64,000 bases of DNA from Deltaproteobacteria bacterium (GTDB lineage Bacteria > Myxococcota_A > Polyangia > Nannocystales > Nannocystaceae), in assembly GCA_016712475.1 (NCBI GenBank), contig JADJRA010000001.1, positions 1,477,414-1,541,413 of the forward strand. The letters run 5' to 3'. This document shows positions 50,423 through 61,146 of this stretch, piece after piece. Under the pieces are notes generated by a model. That model ran no database searches. It saw only the letters and a program-made list of their open reading frames with translations, and had not been told where the DNA came from. Every line of letters begins with the position of its first letter. The stretch's first letter is position 1. Made by a program: the position numbers and the translations under genes.

Positions 50423-52760
50423 GCCCGCATTGTCGCAGACGCTGGCCGCTGCGCACGTGCGCACGCGCTCGGACGGGCGCGTGCGCCCTGCTCCGGCGCG
50501 ATTGAGCATCGCACCTCGCGGCACCTCACTTGCAGCGGGCGCGCCCGTGCCCGCGCGAACGACCCCGAAGAAAGCCGCCAAGACGTCCACCGCCCCCACG
50601 CGCAAGCGCAGCGCGGGCGAGCCCGCGGCGTCGAACGAGCGCGGTCGAAAGGCACGCGTCGAGAAGGCCACCGAAGGTCGCGACGCCCTCGGTCGTGGCG
50701 GTGAGCTCCACCAGGCCGCACGTCCGGGCGGTGTCGTGCTCACGACCAACCAGGGCGTGGCGATCGCGGACGATCAGAACTCTCTCACCCTCGGCGAGCG
50801 GGGCCCGACGCTTCTCGAGGACTTCGTGCTGCGCGAGAAGATCACGCACTTCGATCACGAGCGCATCCCCGAGCGCATCGTGCACGCGCGCGGCTCGGCC
50901 GCCCACGGCTACTTCCAGCCCACCAAGTCGCTCGCGCACCTGACCCGCGCCGCGTTCCTGCAGGATCCCGAGGTGCGGACCCCGGTGTTCGTGCGCTTCT
51001 CGACGGTCGCCGGCGGCGCGGGCTCGGTCGATCTACCCCGCGACGTGCGGGGCTTCGCGGTGAAGTTCTACACCTCGGAGGGCAACTTCGATCTGGTCGG
51101 CAACAACATCCCGGTGTTCTTCATCCAAGACGCGATGAAGTTCCCCGACCTCGTGCACGCGGTGAAGATGGAGCCCGATCGCGGCTTCCCGCAGGCGGCC
51201 TCGGCCCACGCGACCTTCTGGGACTTCGTGTCGCTGATGCCCGAGAGCATGCACATGCTGATGTGGGCGATGTCCGACCGCGCAATCCCGCGATCGCTGC
51301 GCTTCATGGATGGCTTCGGCATCCACACCTTCCGTTTCATCGACCACGCCGGGCACGCGACCTTCGTGAAGTTCCACTGGCGTCCACGCCAGGGCGTGCA
51401 GTCGGTGCTGTGGCCGGAGGCGGTCGCCATCAACGGCGCCGACCAGGACTACCACCGCCGCGACCTGTGGCAGGCCATCGAGCGCGGTGACTACCCGGAG
51501 TTCGAGCTCGCGATCCAGTCGTTCGACGAGGACTTTGCCGAGCGCTTCGAGTTCGACGTGCTCGACCCGACCAAGCTGATTCCCGAGGAGCTGGTGCCGC
51601 TCGAGGTCATCGGCAAGCTGGTGCTCGATCGCAACCCCGACAACTTCTTCGCCGAGACCGAGCAGGCCGCGTTCCACCCCGGCCACGTGGTGCCGGGCAT
51701 CGACTTCAGCAACGACCCGCTGCTGCAGGGCCGGCTGTTCTCGTACCTCGACACGCAGCTGAGTCGCCTGGGCGGGCCCAACTTCCACGAGCTGCCGATC
51801 AATCGCCCGCGGTGCCCGATGCACAACTTCCAGCGCGACGGCATCGCGCGCATGGAGGTCGCCACCGGTCGCGTGAACTACGAGCCCAATTCGCTGGCGA
51901 CGGATGGCCCGCGGGAGAGCGCGCGCGGCTTCACCAGCCACCCCGCCGAGGACGGCCCCCACAAGCTGCGTGTGCGGCCCGCGAGCTTCGCGGATCACTA
52001 CAGCCAGGCGCGCCTGTTCTGGCGCTCGATGTCGGAGGTCGAGCAGCGCCACATCGCGTCGGCATTCGCGTTCGAGCTCGGCAAGGTCGAGGTCGTCGCG
52101 ATCCGGCGGCGCATGCTCGGCCACCTCGACCTGATCGAGCCCGCGCTCGGCGAGGCCGTCGCGGGCAAGCTCGGCATGCGCGGCGAGGCCGAGGTCATCA
52201 CGCCGGCGCGCGAGCCGATCGATCTCCCGCCCGCGCCGTCGCTGTCGATGCTCGGCCGCGGCGCGCCGACGCTGTCGGGCCGCAACGTCGCGGCGCTCGT
52301 GGGGGATGGCTGCGACGCCGAGCTGCTGGGCGCGCTGCGCGACCGGCTCGAGCAGGCCGGCGCCGTGCTGACGATCATCGCGCCGCAGGTCGCCGGCGTG
52401 CACGACGATGCCGGTGATGCCATCACGGTCGACGAGGCACTGCTCGGCGCACCGTCGTGCCTGTTCGACGCCATCGTCGTGTTGCTGCCCGGCGACGCCG
52501 CGCTCCCGCCCGATCTCCGCGCGGCCGCGACCGCGTGGATCCGCGATGCCCATACCCACTGCAAGGTGATCGGCCTTGTCGAACCGCACTGGCTCACCGC
52601 CGCCGGCGTCGCGAAGGACGACGGCGTGATCGGCCTCGAGGGCAAGCGAGACATCGCGGCCTTCGTCGAGCGTGCGGGGGGCCTGCGAGTCTTCAGCCGC
52701 GAGGGCGCCCGTGACACGAGGCCGGCCAAGCGCGGCGCTCGGCCCCGAAGCAAGGCTTGA
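50421..52760 (+). CDS. katE: catalase HPII (large-subunit, clade 2)
   Basis: Near-identical blocks to E. coli KatE ([60 protein letters not shown]; C-terminal flavodoxin-like domain). Start uncertain. ATG 50421 overlaps the divergent gene's ATG as CATG. Alternative GTG at 50547. Confidence 0.85.
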   Translation: MPALSQTLAAAHVRTRSDGRVRPAPARLSIAPRGTSLAAGAPVPARTTPKKAAKTSTAPTRKRSAGEPAASNERGRKARVEKATEGRDALGRGGELHQAARPGGVVLTTNQGVAIADDQNSLTLGERGPTLLEDFVLREKITHFDHERIPERIVHARGSAAHGYFQPTKSLAHLTRAAFLQDPEVRTPVFVRFSTVAGGAGSVDLPRDVRGFAVKFYTSEGNFDLVGNNIPVFFIQDAMKFPDLVHAVKMEPDRGFPQAASAHATFWDFVSLMPESMHMLMWAMSDRAIPRSLRFMDGFGIHTFRFIDHAGHATFVKFHWRPRQGVQSVLWPEAVAINGADQDYHRRDLWQAIERGDYPEFELAIQSFDEDFAERFEFDVLDPTKLIPEELVPLEVIGKLVLDRNPDNFFAETEQAAFHPGHVVPGIDFSNDPLLQGRLFSYLDTQLSRLGGPNFHELPINRPRCPMHNFQRDGIARMEVATGRVNYEPNSLATDGPRESARGFTSHPAEDGPHKLRVRPASFADHYSQARLFWRSMSEVEQRHIASAFAFELGKVEVVAIRRRMLGHLDLIEPALGEAVAGKLGMRGEAEVITPAREPIDLPPAPSLSMLGRGAPTLSGRNVAALVGDGCDAELLGALRDRLEQAGAVLTIIAPQVAGVHDDAGDAITVDEALLGAPSCLFDAIVVLLPGDAALPPDLRAAATAWIRDAHTHCKVIGLVEPHWLTAAGVAKDDGVIGLEGKRDIAAFVERAGGLRVFSREGARDTRPAKRGARPRSKA

Positions 52761-52817
52761 TGCATCGCACCGGGCTCGCGCCGCGCGATCGACAACCGAC
52801 GGGGCGTCTCGTCGGTG

Positions 52818-54686
52818 CTACCGCGGCCCACGGGGGATCTGCGGCGGTTGGATCACCCGCGCTTGGCCCACCGGCGGCAGCTCGAAGCGCCGCAGGCCCT
52901 GCTTGGTGGCCTCGAGGAAGACCAGCTCGTCGCTGTCGAGCCGCTCGCGGAAGCGAAACGAGACCGCCTGCGGACCCTCGTTCTCGGGTGCGCGCAGCAC
53001 CGTGGCACGGAACACGCCGACGTCGATGACCTCGCCCTCGTGCAGCGCGTCCTTGGGGTTGCGGAACAGCGCCTCCTGGAAGTCGACGTGGATGAAGGGC
53101 CCGATCGCCGACAGCTCGATGGTGTGATCGTCGAGTGTCCGCACGAGGTGACGACGGATGTCCATGGCGAGCGCATGCCACGACTCGGGCAGCGGACGGC
53201 CGAGCATGTCCATGGTCGCGAGGCCGTAGATGCCGGTGACGAGATCGGGTGTGGTCAGCACCATCACGTGACGGCCACGCAGGTCGATGGCGTGCACGTC
53301 CGGGCTGTCGAAGAACTCGCGATGGGCCTCGCGTACGTCGGCGAGCGCGGCCAGCTGCATGCGCACGAACAGCGCGTCGCCGACCACGTGCTCCCACAGC
53401 AGCGGCACCACCAGCAAGCTGGTGCCGAGGCGACGCAGCAGGTGCCCCGCGCGACGGCTTCGCCACATGCGGACCAGCGCCACCACGACCGCGGCGAAGA
53501 AGGTCGCACCGCCGAGGCTGGGGATGCCAATCGCCCGCGTCGCTGGCGGGATCGCAGCCAGCGGCAACAACCCCAGCAAGCTGCCCCACACCAGCCACGC
53601 CACGCCACGGCGCTCGCGCGGCGTGAGGTACGAACGACATGCCCGCCACAGGAACGTCACCACCAGCACGGTGACGATTCCGGCCAGCCACGCGTGCCGC
53701 CACGATCGCGCGGGGGGATCGAACTCGATACCGCGGAACACCGCGGGCGGGATCCCCGTCCAGCCGTAGCGCAGCCACAGGCGCTCGGTCTCGCCGGGCA
53801 ACCCGATGAACACCTCCGAGGCCATGCGCAGCAATCGGTTCGCGAGCTCGTAGACGAAGGTGCCGGTGTCGGTCAGCGGATCGACGTAGGTCGTGGCGCC
53901 GTAGACCCCGCAGCCGATCGCGACATACGCGATCGCGAACGCCACCGCGATCACGCCGGCCGGCAGCATCGCAACGATGCGCGCGCGCCAGCCGTCGCGG
54001 GTGTAGAGCAGCTCCCACACCAACAACAACGCCAGCACGCTGATCGCGTACTCACCGGCCGCGAACGCGGCCGCCCACAGCAGCAGCTCGATCGCGACCA
54101 GGCGGCCCGCGCGGCCTCGCAGCCGCCAGCGCGCGTGCACGAGCAGCGCCGCGTAGCCGAACACCGCCGAGATCAACGCGCAGCGGTTGGCAAGCCAACT
54201 CGCCGTCCAGGCCAGCGGCTCGTCGATCGCGACTGCGACCAACGCGACCACGGCGATGCGTCGCCCGACCGAGCCGGCGAGCATGCGCCACGCCCCGTAG
54301 AGCATCGCCGCCATCCACGCGAACGAGTGCACATGGGGCCAGATCGAGTCGCGCGGCAGGTACTTGGCGTCGACGTACACGAACAGGCTCGATAGCGGCC
54401 GCAGGTGCGCGAAGCGGAAGTGCGGCACCGTCCACCACGGCAGGCTGCCCTTGGCGGTGTGGACCGCGGTCGCGGCCGGATCGTCGAGCGCGAAGAAGTA
54501 CAGGCCGAAGGGCGACTTGGGGCCGAACAGGCCGTCGACGTAGGCGAGCTGGAAGAGGTCGTCGGCAAGCGGCCCGAAGCGCAGCGCCGGTGCGTAGAGG
54601 ATCACCGCACCGACGATCACCAGCGCGAGCACGACGCGATCGACGACGCGCCAGCGCGCCAAGCTGACGGGGCGATGCGCACTCAC
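52818..54686 (-). CDS. large polytopic membrane protein with C-terminal soluble domain (possible GT-C-like glycosyltransferase)
   Basis: Probable GTG start at 54686 overlapping the UbiA stop (GTGA). Alternative ATG at 54701 or 54713. About 12 predicted TM helices rich in Trp/Tyr. ~200-aa C-terminal soluble domain. The ORF's upstream 268 aa are Arg/Gly junk. Confidence 0.55.
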   Translation of the reverse strand: MSAHRPVSLARWRVVDRVVLALVIVGAVILYAPALRFGPLADDLFQLAYVDGLFGPKSPFGLYFFALDDPAATAVHTAKGSLPWWTVPHFRFAHLRPLSSLFVYVDAKYLPRDSIWPHVHSFAWMAAMLYGAWRMLAGSVGRRIAVVALVAVAIDEPLAWTASWLANRCALISAVFGYAALLVHARWRLRGRAGRLVAIELLLWAAAFAAGEYAISVLALLLVWELLYTRDGWRARIVAMLPAGVIAVAFAIAYVAIGCGVYGATTYVDPLTDTGTFVYELANRLLRMASEVFIGLPGETERLWLRYGWTGIPPAVFRGIEFDPPARSWRHAWLAGIVTVLVVTFLWRACRSYLTPRERRGVAWLVWGSLLGLLPLAAIPPATRAIGIPSLGGATFFAAVVVALVRMWRSRRAGHLLRRLGTSLLVVPLLWEHVVGDALFVRMQLAALADVREAHREFFDSPDVHAIDLRGRHVMVLTTPDLVTGIYGLATMDMLGRPLPESWHALAMDIRRHLVRTLDDHTIELSAIGPFIHVDFQEALFRNPKDALHEGEVIDVGVFRATVLRAPENEGPQAVSFRFRERLDSDELVFLEATKQGLRRFELPPVGQARVIQPPQIPRGPR

Positions 54687-55492
54687 GGGAGCTCTCGCCA
54701 TACCACGACGCATGCCAGGAGGAACGAGATGCCCGACAGCAGGCGCAGTCGGTTCCACACCCGCGGGATCGGCCGATCGCGCATCGGTGTGACGATCGCC
54801 ACCACCGCCGGCAACGCCACCCACAGGCCGAAGTGCATCAGCGCGTGCAGGGCCGCCAGTGCCGCGAGCACGCGCGCCATCGCCATCGTCGCCGGCACAC
54901 CGAGCGCGACTGCGGTGGTCCGCACGCCGCGATCGCGATCGACCTCGACGTCGCGCAGCACCTGCACGCACTCGAAGACCCCCGAGAAGAGCCCCAGCAG
55001 CAGCACCAACGGCAGCACCTGCGGCAGCCGCTCGCTCGGCACGCCGACCAACGGCATCGCCATGCCCCACGCCATCATCGCCGCGACATCGAGCAGCGGC
55101 TTGCGCTTGAGCACCGCCGAGTAGGCCCAGCAGACCCCACCGCCGAGCAGCAGCGGCAGCCACAGGCCCTCGCCCTGCCACCACGCCCACCCGAGCAGCA
55201 CCGCGAGCAGCCACAGCTGCACCCGCAACGCAGCGGCGCGATGCGACAACAGGTACTCGGTCTTGCCGCGCTCGCGACCATCCGCGTCGAGATCGGCCGC
55301 GCCGTCGCAGAAGTCGTTGTTGAGGTAGACCAGCAGGTTCAGCGCGAAGCCGAACGCCAGCCGCACCGCCACCGCGCCGGTCGACAGGCCCAGCACCAGC
55401 GCCAGCGCCAGCGCGCCCGCGAGGTTGGCCATCTCGAGCCGACGGAGGCGATAGCTCGCGACGTCGAGGAGGATCTGGATCTCGGCGCGCAC
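54683..55492 (-). CDS. UbiA-family prenyltransferase
   Basis: First Asp-rich motif NDFCDGAADLDAD. Multiple TM helices. Start uncertain (GTG 55492 or ATG 55432). The ORF's upstream extension is Arg-rich. Confidence 0.6.
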   Translation of the reverse strand: MRAEIQILLDVASYRLRRLEMANLAGALALALVLGLSTGAVAVRLAFGFALNLLVYLNNDFCDGAADLDADGRERGKTEYLLSHRAAALRVQLWLLAVLLGWAWWQGEGLWLPLLLGGGVCWAYSAVLKRKPLLDVAAMMAWGMAMPLVGVPSERLPQVLPLVLLLGLFSGVFECVQVLRDVEVDRDRGVRTTAVALGVPATMAMARVLAALAALHALMHFGLWVALPAVVAIVTPMRDRPIPRVWNRLRLLSGISFLLACVVVWRELP

Positions 55493-55592
55493 GCGAGCGG
55501 GTGCGGGATGGTCCCACGGAATGCGCGGCCGCGGAAGTTGGCCGCCGGCCTCGCCCGACGCCCGCGCGCCGGGTCGAGCCGGCCCGCGTCCG

Positions 55593-58451
55593 TCAGCGCT
55601 GATGCTCGGCGCGCCACTTGGTGGCCTCGTCGCGCGCGGTGGGGTAGCCCTCCTGCGCCTTGGCGTAGCCGGCGATCGCATCGTCGGCCAGGGTGATCGC
55701 GCGACCGCGATCGCCTCCGCCGTCCCACAGCGCACGGGCCAGCGCAAACTGGGCGTCGGCGCGATCGACCGGATCGATGTCGCTGCCGCGACGCAGCGCC
55801 ACCGCGCGCTCGAGCGGCTCGATCGCGCGGGTCGGCGCATCGAGGGCCAGCTGCGCCAGCCCCACGCCGGTCAGCGGGTACGCGAGATCGGGGTGCTCGC
55901 GACCGAGCGCCTGCTCCGAGATGCGCAGCGCCGTGGTGTAGTTGGCCAGCGCGTCAGCAGCCTCGCCGTTGTCGTACTGCACGCTCGCGAGGTTGTTGTA
56001 GCCGCGCCCGAGCTCGGGGTGGTCGGCGCCGAGCGTGCGCTCGAACAGCCCGATCGCGACGCGGTACTCGGCCTTCGACCGCTCGCGCTGCCCGGCCTGC
56101 TTGGCCAGCTCGGCCATGTTGAACGTGAGGCGCGCGATGTTGGGGTGCTCGTCACCGAGCTTCTCCCGCAGGATCTCGCGCGCGCGGCCGTAGTGGTCGA
56201 GCGCCTCGTCGAGCCGTCGCTCGGTCACCAGCGTGTTGGCGACGTTGTTGAGCGAGAACGCGACCTCGGGGTGGCGAGGCCCGAGCGAGGCCTCCTGGAT
56301 CGCCAGCGCCCGCTCGTAGCGCCCCTTGGCCGCCGCGTACTCGCCGGCCTCGAACTCGATGCTGCCCAGGTGCGTCAGCGTGCGCGCGACGGTGGGGTGC
56401 TGCGGCCCGTAGCGCACCTCGATGATGTCGATCGCCCGCAGCACGTGCTCGCGCGCGCGACCGATCTCCCCGCGGGCCGCGAGCGTGCGCGCGAGGTTGA
56501 CCAGCGTGCTGCCATCGACCGCGGCCGCACCCAGGGACTCGCGCAGTGCCAGCGCGCGCTCGTGCAGCGCCTGGGCGGCCGGGTAGTCGCCTTGGTCGTG
56601 GGCGATCATGCCGCGGGTGCTGGCGAGCTCGGCCTCGAGATCTGCGGGCTCACCGATCCTGTGCAGCGCGACCTCGGCGTGACGGGCGTAGTCGGCCGCG
56701 GGCCCGTGCTGCGCCTTGGTGTGACCGGCCGTGTACAGCAGGCCGATCCACGCCCGCGCCGCCAGCCCATCGTCGCCACCGGCCGCGGCTGCATCGGTCG
56801 CGCGTAGGTACGCCGCGATCGCGGGGTCAGGCTCGCCGCGACGGCTCTCGATCTCCGCCGACAGCAGCTCCGCCTCGGCCAGCAGCGGCAAGTGGCCGAT
56901 CGCGGCGGCCTCGACCACCAGCGGCACGACCGCGGACTTCGCATCGTCGTAGCGACCGGCCCCCAGCAGCGCGGCCACGCGACTCGCCTCGGCGTTACCG
57001 GCCTCGATGCGCTGGAGGATGGCCGGATCGGTCGGCATCGTCGATGTGCCGGCGCCGGTGGTCGCGGCACACCCATCGACCGCGGGCAGCGACAGCATCG
57101 CATCGACCGCGCGCTCACCGACCGCAGCATCGGCCGTCGCCAGCACGTCGACCATCGCCGCCAACCCCTGCCTGCGACGTTGCAGGCAGCTGATCTCGCG
57201 GTCGAGCTCGGGGCCGTCGTCCGGCTGCGCCGCCGCCATGGCCTCGCAGTTCGCTCGCTGTGCAGCGAGCAATGCGTTGGCGTAGTCGTCGAGCCCGGAC
57301 AACACTGAGCTGGTGGTCGCGTCGGCATAGCTCGGCGCGGTGGCGGTGAGCGCCCGCGCGACCTCGTCGCGGCGGGTCGGATCCCAGATGCCGTCGAGCG
57401 CCGCGTCGACCCGCGTGCACGCGCCGTGATCGCTGCGCGAGCGCACCACCGTGGCCGAGAGCGCCGCGGTGCAGGCCAGCACGCCTGCGCCGATCGCCAG
57501 CCGTCGACGCGCAGGCCGAGGGTCGTGGGCGAGCGCGTCGACCAGCGCCGTCATGCTCGCGAAGCGCTGCTCGGGCGCGGCCGCGAGCCCGCGACGCAGG
57601 GTGCGACGCAGGTGGGCCGAGACCCCGCGCCCCGGCGGCATCTCGCGCAGGCGTTGGCCGTGCTTGGCGGCGGCGAGCTCTTCGACCGAGTCGCCCGCGA
57701 ACGGGCGCTGGCCGAACACCGCCTCGTAGAGCGCGACGCACAGCGCGAACTGATCCGAGGCCGGCACCGCCTGCCCACCGTGCTGCTCGGGCGCCATGTA
57801 CAACGGCGTGCCGAGCACCCAACCCGACAACGTGAGCGCGGCGATCTCGTGGCTGGTGCCGGTGGTCGCCGCGGTGCTCATCGCCTCGGGGGTCGAGTCC
57901 TGCGCGTCCGGTGGCCGCGCGAGCCCGAAGTCGAGCACCAGCACACGGCCGGCGTCGGCGCCCGCGCCGATCATGACGTTGTCGGGTTTGAAGTCGCGGT
58001 GCACGAGGCCGGCACCGTGGGCCGCAGCGAGCCCGCGCCCGGCGGCGATGAAGCAGCGCAGGATCTCCTGCTGCGATCGCGGTGCATCGCGCAGCCAGCG
58101 TCGCAGCGTCACGCCCTCGACGAACTCCATCGCCACGTAGACACGACCGCCGATGCTGCCGACATCGTGCACGGTGATGACGTTGGGATGCGACAACAAC
58201 GCCATCGCCTGGGCCTCACGCAGCAGGCGCGCGCGCGCGATCGCGTCGCGGTCGGTGCCGAAGTCCCGGGCACGCAGCAGCTTGATCGCGACCTTGCGAT
58301 CGAGGCGCTCGTCGTGGGCCAGCAGCACCACCCCCATGCCACCTCGACCGAGCGTGCGCTGCACGACGTAGCGACCGATGCGCGCGCCCGGCTCGAGGCT
58401 CGGCGCCTCGCAGGCAGGCTCGTCGAAACGCGGCGTGCGATCGTCGTCCAC
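55593..58451 (-). CDS. Ser/Thr protein kinase fused to TPR repeats
   Basis: GRGGMGVV, AIK, HRDFKPDN, DFGLA, APEQ. TM segment, then a long TPR region (NNLASVQYDNGEAADALANY etc.). Start uncertain (GTG 58451; track TTG at 58547). Confidence 0.8.
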   Translation of the reverse strand: MDDDRTPRFDEPACEAPSLEPGARIGRYVVQRTLGRGGMGVVLLAHDERLDRKVAIKLLRARDFGTDRDAIARARLLREAQAMALLSHPNVITVHDVGSIGGRVYVAMEFVEGVTLRRWLRDAPRSQQEILRCFIAAGRGLAAAHGAGLVHRDFKPDNVMIGAGADAGRVLVLDFGLARPPDAQDSTPEAMSTAATTGTSHEIAALTLSGWVLGTPLYMAPEQHGGQAVPASDQFALCVALYEAVFGQRPFAGDSVEELAAAKHGQRLREMPPGRGVSAHLRRTLRRGLAAAPEQRFASMTALVDALAHDPRPARRRLAIGAGVLACTAALSATVVRSRSDHGACTRVDAALDGIWDPTRRDEVARALTATAPSYADATTSSVLSGLDDYANALLAAQRANCEAMAAAQPDDGPELDREISCLQRRRQGLAAMVDVLATADAAVGERAVDAMLSLPAVDGCAATTGAGTSTMPTDPAILQRIEAGNAEASRVAALLGAGRYDDAKSAVVPLVVEAAAIGHLPLLAEAELLSAEIESRRGEPDPAIAAYLRATDAAAAGGDDGLAARAWIGLLYTAGHTKAQHGPAADYARHAEVALHRIGEPADLEAELASTRGMIAHDQGDYPAAQALHERALALRESLGAAAVDGSTLVNLARTLAARGEIGRAREHVLRAIDIIEVRYGPQHPTVARTLTHLGSIEFEAGEYAAAKGRYERALAIQEASLGPRHPEVAFSLNNVANTLVTERRLDEALDHYGRAREILREKLGDEHPNIARLTFNMAELAKQAGQRERSKAEYRVAIGLFERTLGADHPELGRGYNNLASVQYDNGEAADALANYTTALRISEQALGREHPDLAYPLTGVGLAQLALDAPTRAIEPLERAVALRRGSDIDPVDRADAQFALARALWDGGGDRGRAITLADDAIAGYAKAQEGYPTARDEATKWRAEHQR

Positions 58452-58606
58452 GGCATCGATCGTACGCCGCGTCCGGCATCGACTGTTTCGGGGATTACGT
58501 AGCACCTCGACGGCGGGCGCGGGCGCGCGGTGCGATCGCGTACGCAATGATCGCCCGCACCGCGGGCGCTCGCGCGACCACGCGCGCCGAGCAGGCGCGC
58601 GATCGA

Positions 58607-60541
58607 TCAGTAGCGCTGCACGATCGCGAAGTCGGCCGGGTGCGGCGCCGGTACCCGGAAGAACCCCACCGGGTCACCTTCGACCGCCACCGGCACCATC
58701 TCGCAGCCCGGCTCGCAGTGCAGCGTCGGCGCGGGATGGAACTTCACCAGCACATCGCCCTTGGGGTCGGTGCCGCGCACGACGATGCGGTTGGTGGTGA
58801 CCTCGAGCGTGCCGCGCGGTGGCTCGAGCAGGTGCGTCGCCGCCTTCACCTTGTAGAAGCGAAACGGTGGCAGCTCGGCGACGCGCTGAAGCGCTTCGTT
58901 CTTGTCCCACCACGGCGTCACCTCGCGCGACGACGACACCACCACCCAACGGATGCCGTAGGTCTTCGCGTAGGCCTCGAGCTCGGCGGCCGGGATGATG
59001 CCCTGGGGTCGGCGGCGCAGGATGTTGGCCCAGCTGTGCTCGAGGTTGCGCCAGATGAAGCCGCCCATGATCTGCGCGTCGGTCTTCCACGCCAGCTGCT
59101 CGCCCCAGCTCCAGCCATCGACGAGCCAGCGGCCCTGCCCGTCGTCGTGCGCGCTGACCCACTTCGCGACGTCGTCGCGGTGCCAGTTGGCGTAGCTGTA
59201 GTCGACCGGCGCGACGTGCCCGAGCGCCGAGAACCACACCTTCTCGCCGTGGGGCAGCGGTCGCACGTCCGGCAGCGAGCGCGCGGTGAAGTAGAGCACG
59301 TCCTGGGCGATCCACAGCGTGGTTCCGATGCCGAGCACCGCCGCGGTCCGCCGCGCGGCGATCGGCCAGCTGCGCCACGACTTCGCACGCCACTGCGCGT
59401 GCACCCACGACGCGGCCGGGATCGTCGCGAGCAGACCGAGCGGCGCGACGTGGCGATACGGCTGCACATGCGACAGCGGCGTGCCACCCCCGAAGTAGGC
59501 GATGAGCGCGAGCACGATCATCGTCAGCCCGATCGGCAGCGCCTTGGCGTCGCCGCGACGCCACCACGCGACCACGCCGAGCGTGCCCAGCACGATCCAC
59601 GTGATGCGGATCGTCGCGCGGGTGGCGACGATGCCCGTGACCGCGGGATCGTCGAGCAGGTTGAACAGGTCGTAGAGCACCGCCGCCAGGCTGCGATCGC
59701 CGAACAGCGACGAGTCGAGGATGTAGGACCACCACTGCGCGGCGACTCGCAGCCACCACAGGTTCATCGCGACCGTGAAGATCGCCATGCCCCACACCGC
59801 CAGGTGACCGCGCCGATCGAGCTCCCGTGCCCCCCGCACGTAGACCACTGCGAGCGGCGTGACCAGCAGCAGGAACGAGTACGGGTGCACGAGGTGGCAC
59901 ACACCCATGAGCAGCGCCACGCCCGCGCCGCGCGCGACCCCGCGCCGCTGCCACCAGCGCAGGAACAACGCCAGCGGCAGCAGACACATCCAGCTCGCGG
60001 TCGCGTACGCGAGCATGCCGACGTACCAGCACCAGTGCAGCCACGAGTCGAACGCCCACAGCAGCACCGCGGCGGCGGCGGCCAACAGCGCGGCGTTGCG
60101 CTGGAGGTCGAGCCAACGCGCCGCGAGGTAGATTGCGGGCACCAGTCCGACGTGGGCGAACACCACGAACAGGTTGAACGCCAACGGCTGCGACACGCCG
60201 ACCTCGGTGAGCAACCACGTCCACGTCGCCCAGCCGATGTTGTCGGCCTCGAAAATCGTGCCGGTCGGATAGCCCGCGACCAGCCGCGGGTCCCACACCC
60301 AGTGGCGGCGCCACGTGTGCAGCCCCTCCACCATCCGCCAGGTCTGGTGGATGTGCGTGTCGAAGTCGAGGCCGGCGACCGGTCGCGGCTCGAACAGCTC
60401 GGCGCCGCCGAAGTAGCGCAGCACCCACAGCTGCGCCGCCATCACGGCTGCAAACGCGAGCACGAAGCGCAGCGAGGGTCGACGCCAAGTCGTTGCGGTC
60501 GCAGGCTCGCTCAAGTCCGGGCGGCAGCGTAACACGTCCAC
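58607..60541 (-). CDS. large Trp-rich polytopic membrane protein with C-terminal soluble domain
   Basis: ATG at 60541. About 12 TM helices (e.g. WLLTEVGVSQPLAFNLFVVFAHVGLVPAIYLAARWL). C-terminal ~230-aa beta-rich soluble domain. No family assigned. Confidence 0.6.
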   Translation of the reverse strand: MDVLRCRPDLSEPATATTWRRPSLRFVLAFAAVMAAQLWVLRYFGGAELFEPRPVAGLDFDTHIHQTWRMVEGLHTWRRHWVWDPRLVAGYPTGTIFEADNIGWATWTWLLTEVGVSQPLAFNLFVVFAHVGLVPAIYLAARWLDLQRNAALLAAAAAVLLWAFDSWLHWCWYVGMLAYATASWMCLLPLALFLRWWQRRGVARGAGVALLMGVCHLVHPYSFLLLVTPLAVVYVRGARELDRRGHLAVWGMAIFTVAMNLWWLRVAAQWWSYILDSSLFGDRSLAAVLYDLFNLLDDPAVTGIVATRATIRITWIVLGTLGVVAWWRRGDAKALPIGLTMIVLALIAYFGGGTPLSHVQPYRHVAPLGLLATIPAASWVHAQWRAKSWRSWPIAARRTAAVLGIGTTLWIAQDVLYFTARSLPDVRPLPHGEKVWFSALGHVAPVDYSYANWHRDDVAKWVSAHDDGQGRWLVDGWSWGEQLAWKTDAQIMGGFIWRNLEHSWANILRRRPQGIIPAAELEAYAKTYGIRWVVVSSSREVTPWWDKNEALQRVAELPPFRFYKVKAATHLLEPPRGTLEVTTNRIVVRGTDPKGDVLVKFHPAPTLHCEPGCEMVPVAVEGDPVGFFRVPAPHPADFAIVQRY

Positions 60542-60582
60542 CGCGCCGCCCCCAAGGCCGGGCTCGGGTGACGCCTCCGACG

Positions 60583-60903
60583 TCAGTCGATCGGCAGATC
60601 GCCGTCGTCGCCCCCGCCGCAGGTCGAGTATTCACGACCGGTGCACTCGACGAACTCGTGGGGCCGCCGGATCGGGATGTGCCACCACTGCTGCCCGGTC
60701 TGCAGGTCTTCGCAGATCTCGAGGCTGCAGTTCGAGCACGAGTTCTGGCACACGATGTCGTCCACGATCTCGGCATCGACTTGGTAGCAGTTGTGCGGCG
60801 GCCACCACGGCCCCGGCGGGCCCTCCACGGGCGCGGCGCGGCGTCCGGTCTCCCGTCGCGGTGCGGCAAACCAGAGCATCAAGAGGATTCGTGACTTGGT
60901 CAT
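60583..60903 (-). CDS. small secreted Cys-rich protein
   Basis: Signal peptide MTKSRILLMLWFAAP. 10 Cys in a ~90-aa mature region (CQNSCSNCSLEICEDL...). Locally lower GC. 41 nt downstream of the membrane-protein gene. Confidence 0.5.
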   Translation of the reverse strand: MTKSRILLMLWFAAPRRETGRRAAPVEGPPGPWWPPHNCYQVDAEIVDDIVCQNSCSNCSLEICEDLQTGQQWWHIPIRRPHEFVECTGREYSTCGGGDDGDLPID

Positions 60904-61146
60904 GACCTGCTGACTCGCGAGGCGTCCAGCTGATCACGCGATCGTGCGATGACGTCGGACCCAGCCGCGATCGCGATCGAACGGCCATTGCGCGCGGACG
61001 TTCGTCCCACGGACGAGTCACCGATGACGGATTCGCCCGGTCGTGGGCATTGCTCGCAGGACGAAGGCCGGAACGCGGTCGGGCGGACGCGTGGGCGTCC
61101 GCTGTGGGCGAGCAATTGGACGCGCGGGTGCGCGAAGGAGGCGAGC

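Noticed and set aside
58541-58547. TTG start at 58547 for the third kinase as listed in the ORF track
   Set aside because: Forward bases 58545-58547 are caa, giving TTG not ATG. The N-terminal 32 codons are Arg/Asn-rich. The in-frame GTG at 58451 just before the kinase domain is more plausible, though still unverified.
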